Assembly: GCF_006345805.1 (NCBI RefSeq)
Contig: NC_043008.1
Span: 25,544,001-25,608,000, forward strand
From: Octopus sinensis
Taxonomy: Eukaryota
Length of the DNA stretch: 64,000 nt
Direction: 5' to 3'
In this document: positions 1 to 10,727 of the stretch, piece by piece
Layout: the number at the start of each line of letters is the position of its first letter
Numbering within the stretch: the first letter of the stretch is position 1
Translations under genes and position numbers: made by a program
The notes under the pieces: generated by a model
Seen by the model: the letters and a program-made list of their open reading frames with translations, nothing else
Told to the model about the DNA's origin: nothing
Databases searched by the model: none

Positions 1-674
1 TCTGGTAATTATTTTACTATTATTGAATGAATGAATAAAAATGTTGATGTCTGAGTAATGTGAATGTGGCAAAATGAAGAATCGCACTAGATAATGTAAA
101 ATATGAATCTTCATCTGTTTCATAAACTTATCTGCTTTAAAGGAATTGCTAACCAGTGAAGGAGTCTTAACATGGACTTGCTGAAAAGAGTTGTCCGATC
201 TCACTCAAATCAGACTATACTGTTTTAAAATCTGGCCATGAACATTGAATGGTGTTGTCACAGATTCACTCTCTGTAAGGAGAAAACAAGATAAATGCAC
301 TTTGAATGTTTTTGATCTCAGGTTTACTCAGTCAACACTACCATGAGGTTAAAAAATCAATAATGATAGCAAAAGCAAGACTGTAGTTAATAAAAAATTA
401 TTTCCAGCATAGGTAAAGGACCACATATACTACTAAAGCAAGTATAGTCAATTACATGAGCCTTCAGTATTTGAGAAGTACTTATTTTAGTGATCATTAA
501 AGAATGACAAACAAAAAAATTAAGAATTGCTTTTTCAAGCACATAATTTCAGATTCAGTGTCATATTTGACTTCAACATATAAAGCAACAGAACTAAATA
601 CTGATAGTCTAATGTTATATTGGTATCAGACTTGGGCTGACAGTTAAAATAAAATATTCATGGTCTGTGAAGTT

Positions 675-676
<2 letters not shown>

Positions 677-735
<59 letters not shown>
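677..735. repeat. (TA)n microsatellite
   Basis: Uninterrupted TA dinucleotide run. Confidence 0.95.
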
Positions 736-738
<3 letters not shown>

Positions 739-1289
739 GCATATTTGCTACATATTTGGTATATATATATATATATATATATATTTAGCAGCTCTCTTTA
801 TTTTACAAGGTATAATATGATACAAACCATACCAGATTTTGAAGATTTATATAATAATACTTTACTGGAAGGAGGGACATGTTTGTGGCTGCATGTGTGC
901 ATATGTATAGATGTGGTTTAGAATTTCCAAACAAGATAAACTTAATTATGTAGTTTGTAGGTACATGATTTATATTTATGAAAATAACATATAACATTCT
1001 ATTAGTTTACATATATAGGTGTGTGCGCCTACATGTAATATGTATGTATGTAAGTATATACAAATACATATAGAGAAATGTAGACAAATATGCATGTACA
1101 TATATATGTGTATATATAGTTGAAATTTGCAGAAAAACAAAAAAAGGAAGACAGGTGTATAACCAACATGTGTGTGTGTGTGTGAGTGTGTATATACATG
1201 TGTGTATATATGTGTATGTATATATTTATGTACATTCACATAATTCCCTTTTACATACACATACACTTACACACAAATACACACACACT

Positions 1290-1597
1290 CAGTTGAATAG
1301 GCTCGCCACTAATAACACTGTGACTAATATCGAAACTACATTGGAAAAGGCTAACCACTGGACTTGGTTAAAGAGAGATAATGAGCAATGGCAAAAGAAT
1401 ATTGAGCTTCATTTGATAACCAGTTGATCAAGCAAGCAGGTCTTCGTACCAGTGAGGGCAGCTGGTGCACATTGATGCCTTCGAGAGGTAGGCCCTGAAA
1501 CGGCACACTTGCTCTCTTGATGATCCGATACACTTGCTGGCTTCTGATATGCAGAATACTCAACTGGTAGCACTTACATGTGCAAGGTGTTTGCAAA
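1290..1597 (+). mobile_element. Possible 3' end (C-terminus + 3' UTR) of a Hero/NeSL-like RLE non-LTR retrotransposon
   Basis: Peptide ...NIETTLEKANHWTWLKRDNEQW resembles the 'AEKASxWLWxKR' C-terminal signature of Hero-type elements. It is followed by a GC-richer UTR-like stretch and sits between microsatellites. Judged by eye only. Confidence 0.45.
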
Positions 1598-1611
1598 GCA
1601 TGTATATATAT

Positions 1612-1925
1612 ATCACCGTGATCACCGTTATCGACCAGGCTATCAGATGTTGTTACACATCTCTGGTCACAATGCGCTTGTCATTGTTTTAGCCTTCAAA
1701 TGACACCACCCCGCTGGCAAGGCGAGCAGGCCAACAGAAGAAAGAGTGAGAGAAAGTTGTGGCAAAAGAGTACAGCGGGGATAGCCACCCCCCACCTGCC
1801 GGAGCCTCGTGGAGCTTTATAGGTGTTTTCGCTCAATAAATACTCACAACGCCTGGTCTGTGAATCGAAATCGCGATCCTACGACCGTGAGTCCTCTGCC
1901 CTAACCACTGGGCCATTGCGCCTCC
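1612..1925 (-). mobile_element. tRNA-derived SINE (family A, tRNA-Arg-like head)
   Basis: Reverse strand begins GGAGGCGCAATGGCCCAGTGGTTAGGGCAG (A box) ... TTTCGATTC (B box). Homologous along its length to 4864-5174. Confidence 0.85.
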
Positions 1926-1998
<73 letters not shown>

Positions 1999-2002
1999 AT
2001 AT

Positions 2003-2033
<31 letters not shown>

Positions 2034-2047
2034 TATTATATATATAT

Positions 2048-2099
<52 letters not shown>

Positions 2100-2229
2100 T
2101 ATATGTATCTATCTATCTATCTATATATAAATATATATATATTTACCTATATATATATATATACCTATATATATGTATATATATATATATTATATATTAT
2201 ATATTATATATTATATATGTGTGTGTGTA

Positions 2230-2271
<42 letters not shown>

Positions 2272-2272
2272 A

Positions 2273-2338
<66 letters not shown>

Positions 2339-2365
2339 CATATACATATGTATATAATGTATATA
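1926..2365. repeat. Compound (TA)n/(CTAT)n/(CT)n microsatellite
   Basis: Direct reading. Confidence 0.95.
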
Positions 2366-4494
2366 AGCTAGCCGAATTGACAGTACCTTGGTAGTTAAAG
2401 CAATCAAGAGTATGAAGGCAAGGAAAGCTGTCAGTCCATCAGGAATCACTGCAGAGATGCTCAAGATATCTGGCAGTGTCAGCTGTAGCCTAGTCACCCA
2501 TATAGTTAACCAGGTGATACACGAAGGAGTCAGACCCAATGACTGGTGTAGCAGCATAATAGTCAACTGCTACAAAGGTAAAGGTGACGCTCTAGATTCA
2601 AATAATTACAGATGTATCAAGTTGCTGGATCAAGTAATGAAGGTCACAGAGAGGGTCATAGCCCAACTAATTAGAGAGAGAATCAGTTTAGATGAGATAC
2701 AGTTTGGGTTCGTGCCAGGGAAAAGTACCACTGATGCTATATTCCTGGTAAGACAGCCAAAGATAAACCTCTGTACCTAGTTTTCATTGACATGCAGAAA
2801 GCCTTTGACAGGTTCCCCCCCGATCCCTTATCTGGTGGTCAGTGAGGAAACTAGGAATAGGTGAATTGTTAGTGAGAGCTGTGCGAGCCATGTACAGGGA
2901 GCTGTTAGTAATGTGAGGGTTGGCAACGAGTACAGTGAAGAATTCCAGGTAGAGGTATGGGGTCCACCAAGGTTCAGTTCTCAGCCCCCTTCTATATATA
3001 ATGGTTCTCCAGGCAATAACGGAGGAATTCAAGACAGGATGCCCCTGGGAGCTCCTCTATGCTGATGACCTTGCTCTAATTGCTGAGTCACTATCAGAAC
3101 TGGAGGAGAAGTTTCAGGCATGGAAGCAAGAATTAGAATCAAATGGCCTTAGAGTCAACTTAGCTAAAACCAAAGTCCTAATAAGTAGGAAGGTAGACAA
3201 ATCACAAACGCCTTCAGGTAGATGGCTCTGCTCGATCTGTAGAAAAGGTGTAGGTAGAAACTCTATAAGATGCACCAAGTGTAAGCTATGGACACATAAG
3301 AGGTGCAGCAATGTCAAAGGAAGGCTAACTAGGAAGATAGTTTTTGTATGTGGCAGATGCTCAGGACCACTAAACACTGAAAATGCGCAGAGACCAACTT
3401 TCGCCACATTCCAGGGAGAAAAACTAGAAGTAGTTGATAGCTTCCATTACCTAGGTGACCAAGTCAGTAGCAGGCGTGGCTGTGCTGAAAGTGTAACGGC
3501 TAAAGTAAGAATAGCCTGGGCAAAGTTCAGAGAGCTCTTACCTCTACAGGTGACAAAAGACCTCTCGGTCAGAGTAAAAGGCAGACTGTATGACGCATGT
3601 GTATGAACAGCCATGCTACATGGCAGTGAAACATGGGCCGTGACTGCTGAGGATATGCGTAAGCTCGCGAGAAATGAAGCCAGTATGATCCGATGGATGT
3701 GTAATGTCAGTGTTCATACTCGACAGAGTGTAAGTACCTTGAGAGAAAAGTTGGACCTAAGAAGCATCACTTGAGGTGTGCAAGAGAGACATTTGCACTG
3801 GTATGGTCATGTAGTGAGAATGGATGAAGATAGTTGTGTGAAAAAGTGCCACATCCTAGCGGTTGATGGAATCTCTGAAAGAGGTAGAACCAGGAAAACC
3901 TGGGACGAGGTGGTGAAGCATGACATTCGAACATTAGGTCTCACCGAGGCAATGACTAATGACCGAGACCTTTGGAAGTATGCTGTGCATGAGAAGACCC
4001 AGCAGGACAAGTGAGACCATAATCTGTGGCCTCTACCTGGGATGTAGCCAGTCCACTTATGCATATCTTTCCTTCTTGGGACACAAAACTCTACTTGTGA
4101 AGACCTGTTGAGACAAGTGAAATCAAAATCAAAATCGATCAAAATCAATGGAAATTGTAGTTGTGATACCAGTGCCGGTGGCTCGTAAGAGAACCATCCA
4201 AACATGGCCTTTGCCAGCGTCGCCCCGACTGGCCTCCATGCCGGTGGCATGTATAAAGCACCACCCAATCGTGGCCATTGCCGGCCCCATCTGGCACCTG
4301 TGCCGGTGGCATGTAAAAAGCACCCACTACACTCATGGAGTGGTTGGCATTAAGAAGAGCATCCAGCTGTAGAAACACTGCCGGATCAGACTGGGCCTGG
4401 TGCAGCCTTCTGGCTTTCCAGACCCCAGTTGAACCGTTCAACCCATGCTAGCATGGAAAGCGGACGTTAAACGATGATGATGATAATGATGATG
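2366..4494 (+). mobile_element. RTE-clade LINE, 5'-truncated, frameshifted
   Basis: RT motifs KAxxPSGI, QFGFVPGKSTTDAIF, GVHQGSVLSP-like, LLYADDL, FHYLG, and C-terminal RxxWYGHVVRM. The ORF ends at 4014, followed by a 3' UTR ending GGACGTTAAAC(GAT)n. Contains stops and frameshifts. Confidence 0.95.
3001..3606 (+). pseudogene. RTE reverse transcriptase fragment (YADD) with inserted PHD-type finger
   Basis: ELLYADDLAL; C-x2-C-x10-C-x2-C-x4-H-x2-C-x14-C-x2-C at about 3229-3360; premature TGA at 3604-3606. Confidence 0.9.
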
Positions 4495-4531
4495 TATTGA
4501 GTGTTAGAAGTGGTGTACAAATATATTCTCA

Positions 4532-4562
<31 letters not shown>

Positions 4563-4566
<4 letters not shown>

Positions 4567-4825
4567 CCGGTGGCACATAAAATACACCAATCCGACCGTG
4601 GCCGTTGCCAGCCTCGCCTGGCACCTGTGCAGGTGGCACGTAAAAAGCACCCACTACACTCACGGAGTGGTTGGCGTTAGGAAGGGCATCCAGCTGTAGA
4701 AACACTGCCAGATAAGACTGGAGCCTGGTGCAGCCTTCTGGCTTCCCAGATCCCCGGTCGAACCGTCCAACCCATGCTAGCATGGAGAACGGACGTTAAA
4801 CGATGATGATGATGATGATGATGAT
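4563..4825 (+). mobile_element. RTE LINE 3'-UTR-only insertion
   Basis: Matches 4240-4490 and ends GGACGTTAAAC(GAT)n. Confidence 0.9.
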
Positions 4826-4863
4826 ATATATATATATATACACTTATATACATACATACATGT

Positions 4864-5174
4864 GGAGGTGCAATGGCCCAGTGGTTAGGGCAGCGGACTC
4901 GCGGTTGTAGGATCGTGGTTTCAATTCCCAGACCGGGCGTTGTGAGTGTTTATTGAGCAAAAACACCTATTGCTCCATGAGGCTCTGGCGGAGGATGGTG
5001 GCAATCCCTGCTGTACTCTTTCGCCACAACTTTCTTTTACTCTTTCTTCTGTTGGCCTGCTCACTTAGCCAAGCAGGGTGGCATCATTTGAAGCCTAAAA
5101 CAATGCGAAGCGCATTGGGACCAGCGATGTGTACAAACATCTGATAGCCTGGTCAGTCACATGATCATGTGATA
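4864..5174 (+). mobile_element. tRNA-derived SINE (family A)
   Basis: GGAGGTGCAATGGCCCAGTGGTTAGGGCAGCGGACTCGCGG (anticodon-loop-like CTCGC, TCG=Arg) ... GGTTTCAATTCCC. Inverted relative to the 1612-1925 copy. Confidence 0.85.
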
Positions 5175-5229
5175 TACATACATATGTGTGTGTATGTGTG
5201 TGTGTATAATATATATGTCATGCTTTTGT

Positions 5230-5563
5230 GAAGGTGCATGGCTCAGTGGTTAGAGCATCGAGCTTCTCATTGTGTGGTTGTGAGTTCGAATCCTGGACCG
5301 GGCTGCGTGTTGTGTTCTTGAGCAAGACACTTTATTTCATGTTGCTCCAGTTTACCCAGCTCTAGAAATGAGTTGCGATGTGACAGTTGCCAAGTTGTAT
5401 CTGCTGTTACCTTTCCCTTGGATAACACAGGTGGCATGGAGAGAGGAGGCCGGTATGCATGGGCAACTGCTGGTCTTCCATAGACAAACTTGCCCGGACT
5501 TGTGCCTGGGACGGTAACTTTCTAGGTGCAATCCCATAGTCAGCCATGACTGAAGGGGGTCTC
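5230..5563 (+). mobile_element. tRNA-derived SINE (family B) with CORE/V/Meta-like central domain
   Basis: A box TGGCTCAGTGGTTAGAGC and B box GAGTTCGAATCC, then GTTGTGTTCTTGAGCAAGACACTTT...CCCAGCT, typical of conserved SINE central domains. Exact domain class not determined. Confidence 0.75.
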
Positions 5564-5564
5564 A

Positions 5565-5840
5565 ATGTCATGCTTAAGAAGAAGACCCATGATGCCAAGC
5601 AAAACCACAGTCATGGCAGATACTGATGTCATGCAAATGGGATCTGTGCCGGTGGCAAGTAAAAGCACCCATACACTCTCAGTCTGGTTAGCATTATGAA
5701 GGGCATTCAGCAGTAAAAAACCATGCCAAATCAGACACTGGAATCTGGTGCAGTCCTGCAGTGTGCCAGCCTGGTCAAACCGTCCAACCCATGCTAGCAT
5801 GGACAACAGACGTTAAATGATGATGATGATGATGATGATG
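5565..5840 (+). mobile_element. Diverged RTE 3' end
   Basis: AAGAAGACCC ORF end, ...ACCCATGCTAGCATGG...GACGTTAAAT(GAT)n. Confidence 0.85.
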
Positions 5841-6859
5841 AAAATGATATATATATTATATATATTTTATATATATATTACATATATTTTATATATATAT
5901 TACATATATTTTATATATATATATATATCTTACAATTCTTCTGAACTTAATAAATTATATATGCATATTTATGCACAACTCTTTAAACATGTTTGCAATG
6001 ATATGATACACACACACATATGCTTTTGTGTATATTTGCATGTGCTTGAACATGAAATATTTATTAGTTTGATGTATTTCTGACAATCTTCCAAACTGCT
6101 TTTCACATGCACAATCGGCATTTTAAAATTTTTATTTCATTCATGTTATTAGTTGTAATTGATAATTGCACATCTAAAAGATTGGTTCATCATAAATCAT
6201 TGTTTTATTTTATTTTTTAATATCAATTCAAACATGTAAAATGAATGGCATTAAGCACATAAAATACTCAGTGGAATTATTTCTCTCTTCAAAAATTATC
6301 TTTTGATGTTGGTTTTCAAATAAATCACTGAATTCTTACCAATATTTTTCATTTTCCTTTCATCTTATGCTTTCTTTAAAATACTGTACATCTCTTTGTG
6401 TTTGTTTGCTGAATTAAATACTTGAGACATCAAACAGAAATGCACTAGGGGGCATTATGTAAACTGGTTTAAAATATTCATTTGAATATGTTGTACTCTC
6501 ACTTTCCCCACTCTTCCACACTGAATATGAGGCTTCATGCTTCTGTAAGAAACTTATACTAATATATTTAAGAATACAGGGTTGTTAGTAACACTTTAAA
6601 ATTTTGAATTTTTTCCCTTAGATTAAATTCATTTTTAAAAAATTCTGTATTCAGTCTCAGTAAAATTCGGTGCATCGATTTTGATTTCTTTCCTCATTAT
6701 CAATGAATTAAGAATTATTTGTGGCAGTGAAGAAGCCTCTTCATAGTTATGTGATTTGGTAGGAAACAGCAACCAAATTTTCTCAAATCACACTCTACTG
6801 TCTTAAAATGGGAAGGCACACAAGATAACATCAGACAGAAAACAAATGAAACAGTCCTG

Positions 6860-7365
6860 GCTATAGGCCTTTCATAAAAGGTTTGATGAAGGCATAACAC
6901 CAATTGGAATACTTCCCAGCATGACCATTAAAGTCACTTACCATGAAGATATTGATATTGTCTTTTATTGTTTTATGGCAGTCTGTGGAAAGGATTCATG
7001 GAAACTGTCCTTCAGATCTCTATTAGTTTGATATGTGGAGCATATGCACAGATAAATGTCACTGTTGTATTAATCAAGATTATTTTTAGCTTAATAATTC
7101 TATCACAGACCCTGACTACACCAATCACCTTCTCCATATATTCTCTACCAGAACAATATGTACACCAACTATTCAGTCACTACTGCCCACCCAGAAGAAT
7201 TTGTATCTATGTTTCTTGCATACAAGTAGTCTAGCTGAGGTTCCCCACCATCATACTCCTTGCACACACCACACATCTACATGCTTCCACTTGAGCATTT
7301 CAACAATTTTGCCAGACTTAATTTTCGTTGTTCCAACGTTGATTGTGGCAGATCTTAGCTTGTGG
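6860..7365 (-). pseudogene. Decayed RTE apurinic endonuclease N-terminus
   Basis: LRSATINVGT...GKIVEMLKWKHVDVWCVQ resembles the RTE APE start LRxGTxNVGT...EIVEML..RxVDxCCVQE. DFNGHAG lies on the minus strand near 6915-6935. Confidence 0.75.
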
Positions 7366-8007
7366 ACCTGGTAAGCATAAGTTGGTACTTTGGGGGTTAT
7401 TTTCAGCATCTGGAAAAAAGATTTTTGGAATATCTTGTCTGGAAGCAGCAAGTCCTTATGTATAGTGAAAACGGGTATTGGTTGCAGCTTAAATGTCAAT
7501 TTTTTTCTGTCCCATAAAACCTTCATGGATACACAACTGCTTGTAGGGATACGTGATAAAATACAGCCAAGACATAGTATCTCTCTTAGGGGTACTAATA
7601 AGGGGCTCTCTATCCATCATATTTCTTTAACAATAATGTCCATTTCAAAGTAAAACTTAGAAGTTAATTATATTATCAAATTTTCAGTGACTGGACACCA
7701 GATTATGTTATGCTATTAACGTTAATAACTAGAGTTAAAATAGATAAAAGAAATTATTTAAAAACCAAGTGAAAAGAGCAGGGAATGTTTTCTTTCCACA
7801 ATAGAAATGGGAGCAAGCATTTTTTTGTTTTCATTGTGCCTGTGTGAATAAGATAATGGTGGTTGTCAAATATCAAAGCTCTTCACATTTTCTTAGTATT
7901 TGACAACTATCAAGCAATTGCCAGTCATATTCACCGACACATTGACCACTATCTCTCTCTCTCTCTCTCTCTCTCCACACACACACATACACATATCATA
8001 AATATAT

Positions 8008-8903
8008 ATATGGTGTCTGGACTAAATTTAATAGTTTGCATGAAAGGACAAGAAAATACAATCATCCAAAAATAAAAGTATTTCAAGAAATCAAAAGATG
8101 TTAACTAGTTTATGGTTGGGAGATAACAGTTTACTCCAAGTAGCCACCCTCAACTTCTACCATGGACTCAAGACAGCTCTGGAACCTGGTACACACATTC
8201 CTCACTGCATCTCTGTAAAGATCTCTTTGATCTTAGCCACCTTCTTGGCTTTGATGTTGTATGTAGAGTGCTTGGTGTCTTTATCAACCGTGCCCCACAC
8301 ATAGTAATCATGCGATTACAAATTCAGAAATTATGTGTCTAGAAATCAGAGGAGATGAAATTGTAGAAATTGTCTGACAATCACTTCTGATTCTTTCTGG
8401 AGGTATGCCAAAGAGCTGAATTCTACTGCCTCACATAAAACTTTTCAACAGCAACCTTCTCCAGCCAAGGACTGACTACAATCTCCACCAGCTTCAGATA
8501 GCTGTCTGAATTGGGCCATAGGCCCTGTTCATTAGTTGTTGGATGAATTCTGGCATGTAGACAGTCAGAACACCTGCTGTATCACTTCATGTTGACAACA
8601 GCTTAGTAATCTCCATTGTGGCTGTCACATCTTACATCTTACAGCCATTATGGTGTACACAGAACATTGAGCAGCAATCATGATTTCAGCATTTTGACAT
8701 GCAGTGTGAAACATCATGGTATAGGTTGCACTTTTCCAATATTCAGATGGCTTCCAGAGACCCATGTCAGCTACTTATACTTTTTCGTAACTACAACTTT
8801 AATCTTTATGCTTTCTAATGCTGTTCACTGTTCACCAATACATTAAGTAATTCCTGAAAAAAAAAAGACAAAAAAGTCATCAAATTAAACCCAAACACCC
8901 TGT
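8008..8903 (-). mobile_element. Decayed Tc1/mariner (maT/DD37D-like) transposon
   Basis: Minus-strand remnant of 'SDNFY.F...WPPNSPD.NP.DYYVWG' near 8295-8385. Right end reads CAGGGTGT on the minus strand followed by TA; the left TIR is degenerate. Confidence 0.65.
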
Positions 8904-8919
8904 ATATATATATATATAC

Positions 8920-9496
8920 AAATTAGTAATGCAATACTAGAGTATTGCTTTCCAGTAAAGAATAGCCCGTGAGGGAAAAATACACAAAGTAGTAAATATA
9001 TGGTACAACGAAGTACCGATATTTACTGGAAATAGCGAACGTAATAATACAACGCTAATGTATAGCTTCACCGCGTATGTATTAGCAAAAATGCGTGTGT
9101 GCAACAAACTAGAAAAAATTGCATTACTAATTTATTGAAGCTTCTTCACCGTTTTCGTGCTGTTGGCGTTTCGGCGTTTCAGTCGAGTGTAATGGCTTTA
9201 ATGTGGTAACATCTGAGATTTTGTCATGGTATATGCTTGGCTGATGAAGATAGAACAAGATTATGGGTGGCAGACATATCTTGTAAAATCTGAAACCTGC
9301 AGGTCCCACATTATCCTTTTCCAGGTATTTCATCTTTCAGATGTTCTCCCTGGAGGTAAGACAATTTTTTCTAGTTTGTTGCACACACGCATTTTTGCTA
9401 ATACATACGCGGTGAAGCTATACATTAGCGTCGTATTATTACGTTCGCTATTTCCAGTAAATATCGGTACTTCGTTGTGCCATATATTTACTACTT

Positions 9497-9497
<1 letters not shown>
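8920..9497. mobile_element. Penelope-like pseudo-LTR remnant with 136-bp inverted repeat
   Basis: 8986-9121 and 9362-9497 are near-perfect reverse complements. The spacer contains a hammerhead motif. Flanked by (TA)n. Confidence 0.7.
9238..9308 (+). ncRNA. Type I hammerhead ribozyme motif (palindromic stem III)
   Basis: tgg-CTGATGA-[AGAT..ACAAGAT.ATG loop CAT.ATCTTGT..ATCT]-GAAA-CCTGCAGG-TC-cca; GUC cleavage triplet; ACCTGCAGGT palindrome; stem I only 3 bp. Confidence 0.7.
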
Positions 9498-9538
<41 letters not shown>

Positions 9539-9879
9539 TATATATATATACATGCATGCATACATTTATATGTACAAGCACACACACACACAAACACACA
9601 CATATATATGTATGTTTGTATGTGTGTATTTTTATATACACATTACCAGATTACCAGTTGTGCTCAAAACACTGCTACACACCAGTATCATTCATGATTT
9701 GCTTTTTTGCAGACAGTGCTGTACTAGTAATAACTTTCTGAGAGGAATCTCAGGAACGTCTAGACCAGTTTTCTGCTGGATGTTAAACCTTTGGTTTGAC
9801 CATTAACATAAAAAAGATGGCAGTGATGTAACAATCTTGCCCTACTCTTAAGCAAATTCAGAGTATCAAGTAGAAGCCA

Positions 9880-10675
9880 TAGGTTCACAATTTTCCTGAC
9901 ACTTCTATATAGGTTGACAAGAAAAACCTAAAGTATGTGAAGTCATTTACATTCTTAGCAATAAACTGAATGTGAGCACTTCCCTTGATGATGAAATTGT
10001 CAACTGTCTTGCAAAAGCAACCAATACATTTGGCAAACCCTGTCATCTCTTATGGAATGAAAAGAGCATTAAAATTGACACTAAAGTACAGGTCTATAAA
10101 GTTGCCATTCTTACTGCTTTCTTGTATGGCTCAGAATTATAGACACCCTGCAGGTGGTACATTAACCAACTAGACGTCTTCCACAAAGCTGTCTCAGGAT
10201 AATCTACAGTTATTCACTAAAAAACAGAGTATCTAACGTCAACCTGTTTAGCAAATGTAACGTTGGTGGAATTGAGAGCTTCTTTATTGTTGTAAAGTGG
10301 TCTTTTTCCACTGTTGTATCTGTCTTTTGATGGTGGTTGTCACTGACAGGTATTGTTATATTCCAAAGTCGTTGGCAGAATGGTTCTATCTGGCACTGTA
10401 TGACCTCCAGTCGTACAGTGTTATTATCCTGAAAAGAGTGGATCATTATAACGTCCACTCACTATCACAGTATAATTACTATATCAGCACAGACACAACT
10501 ATCAACAGTCTACACATACTCCCGACTCTCCATCTTTTTCCTGTCGACTGGCTACTGGTCTGTTTGTAATGGCTGGCTACTACCACGTTTTACTGGTAGG
10601 TGTGTACAGTTATACTATACAACATCTCCCCTTTTAATTTTTTATTAACAATCAATTTTTTATTCACCTTGCCTC

Positions 10676-10727
<52 letters not shown>

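Noticed and set aside
1460-1510. Hammerhead-like TTGATGC...GAAAC in the Hero-like 3' UTR
   Set aside because: The core deviates from CUGANGA, with no NUH or stem I closure.
3114-4441. Antisense and UTR ORFs over RTE/Dong (also 20391-20766, 21489-23543, 48563-50422, 28685-29002)
   Set aside because: They are shadow frames of retroelement coding or UTR sequence; they recur only because the elements repeat.
4864-4935. tRNA-like heads (also 1855-1925, 5230-5300)
   Set aside because: Imperfect cloverleaf, and each continues into a shared SINE body; not functional tRNA genes.
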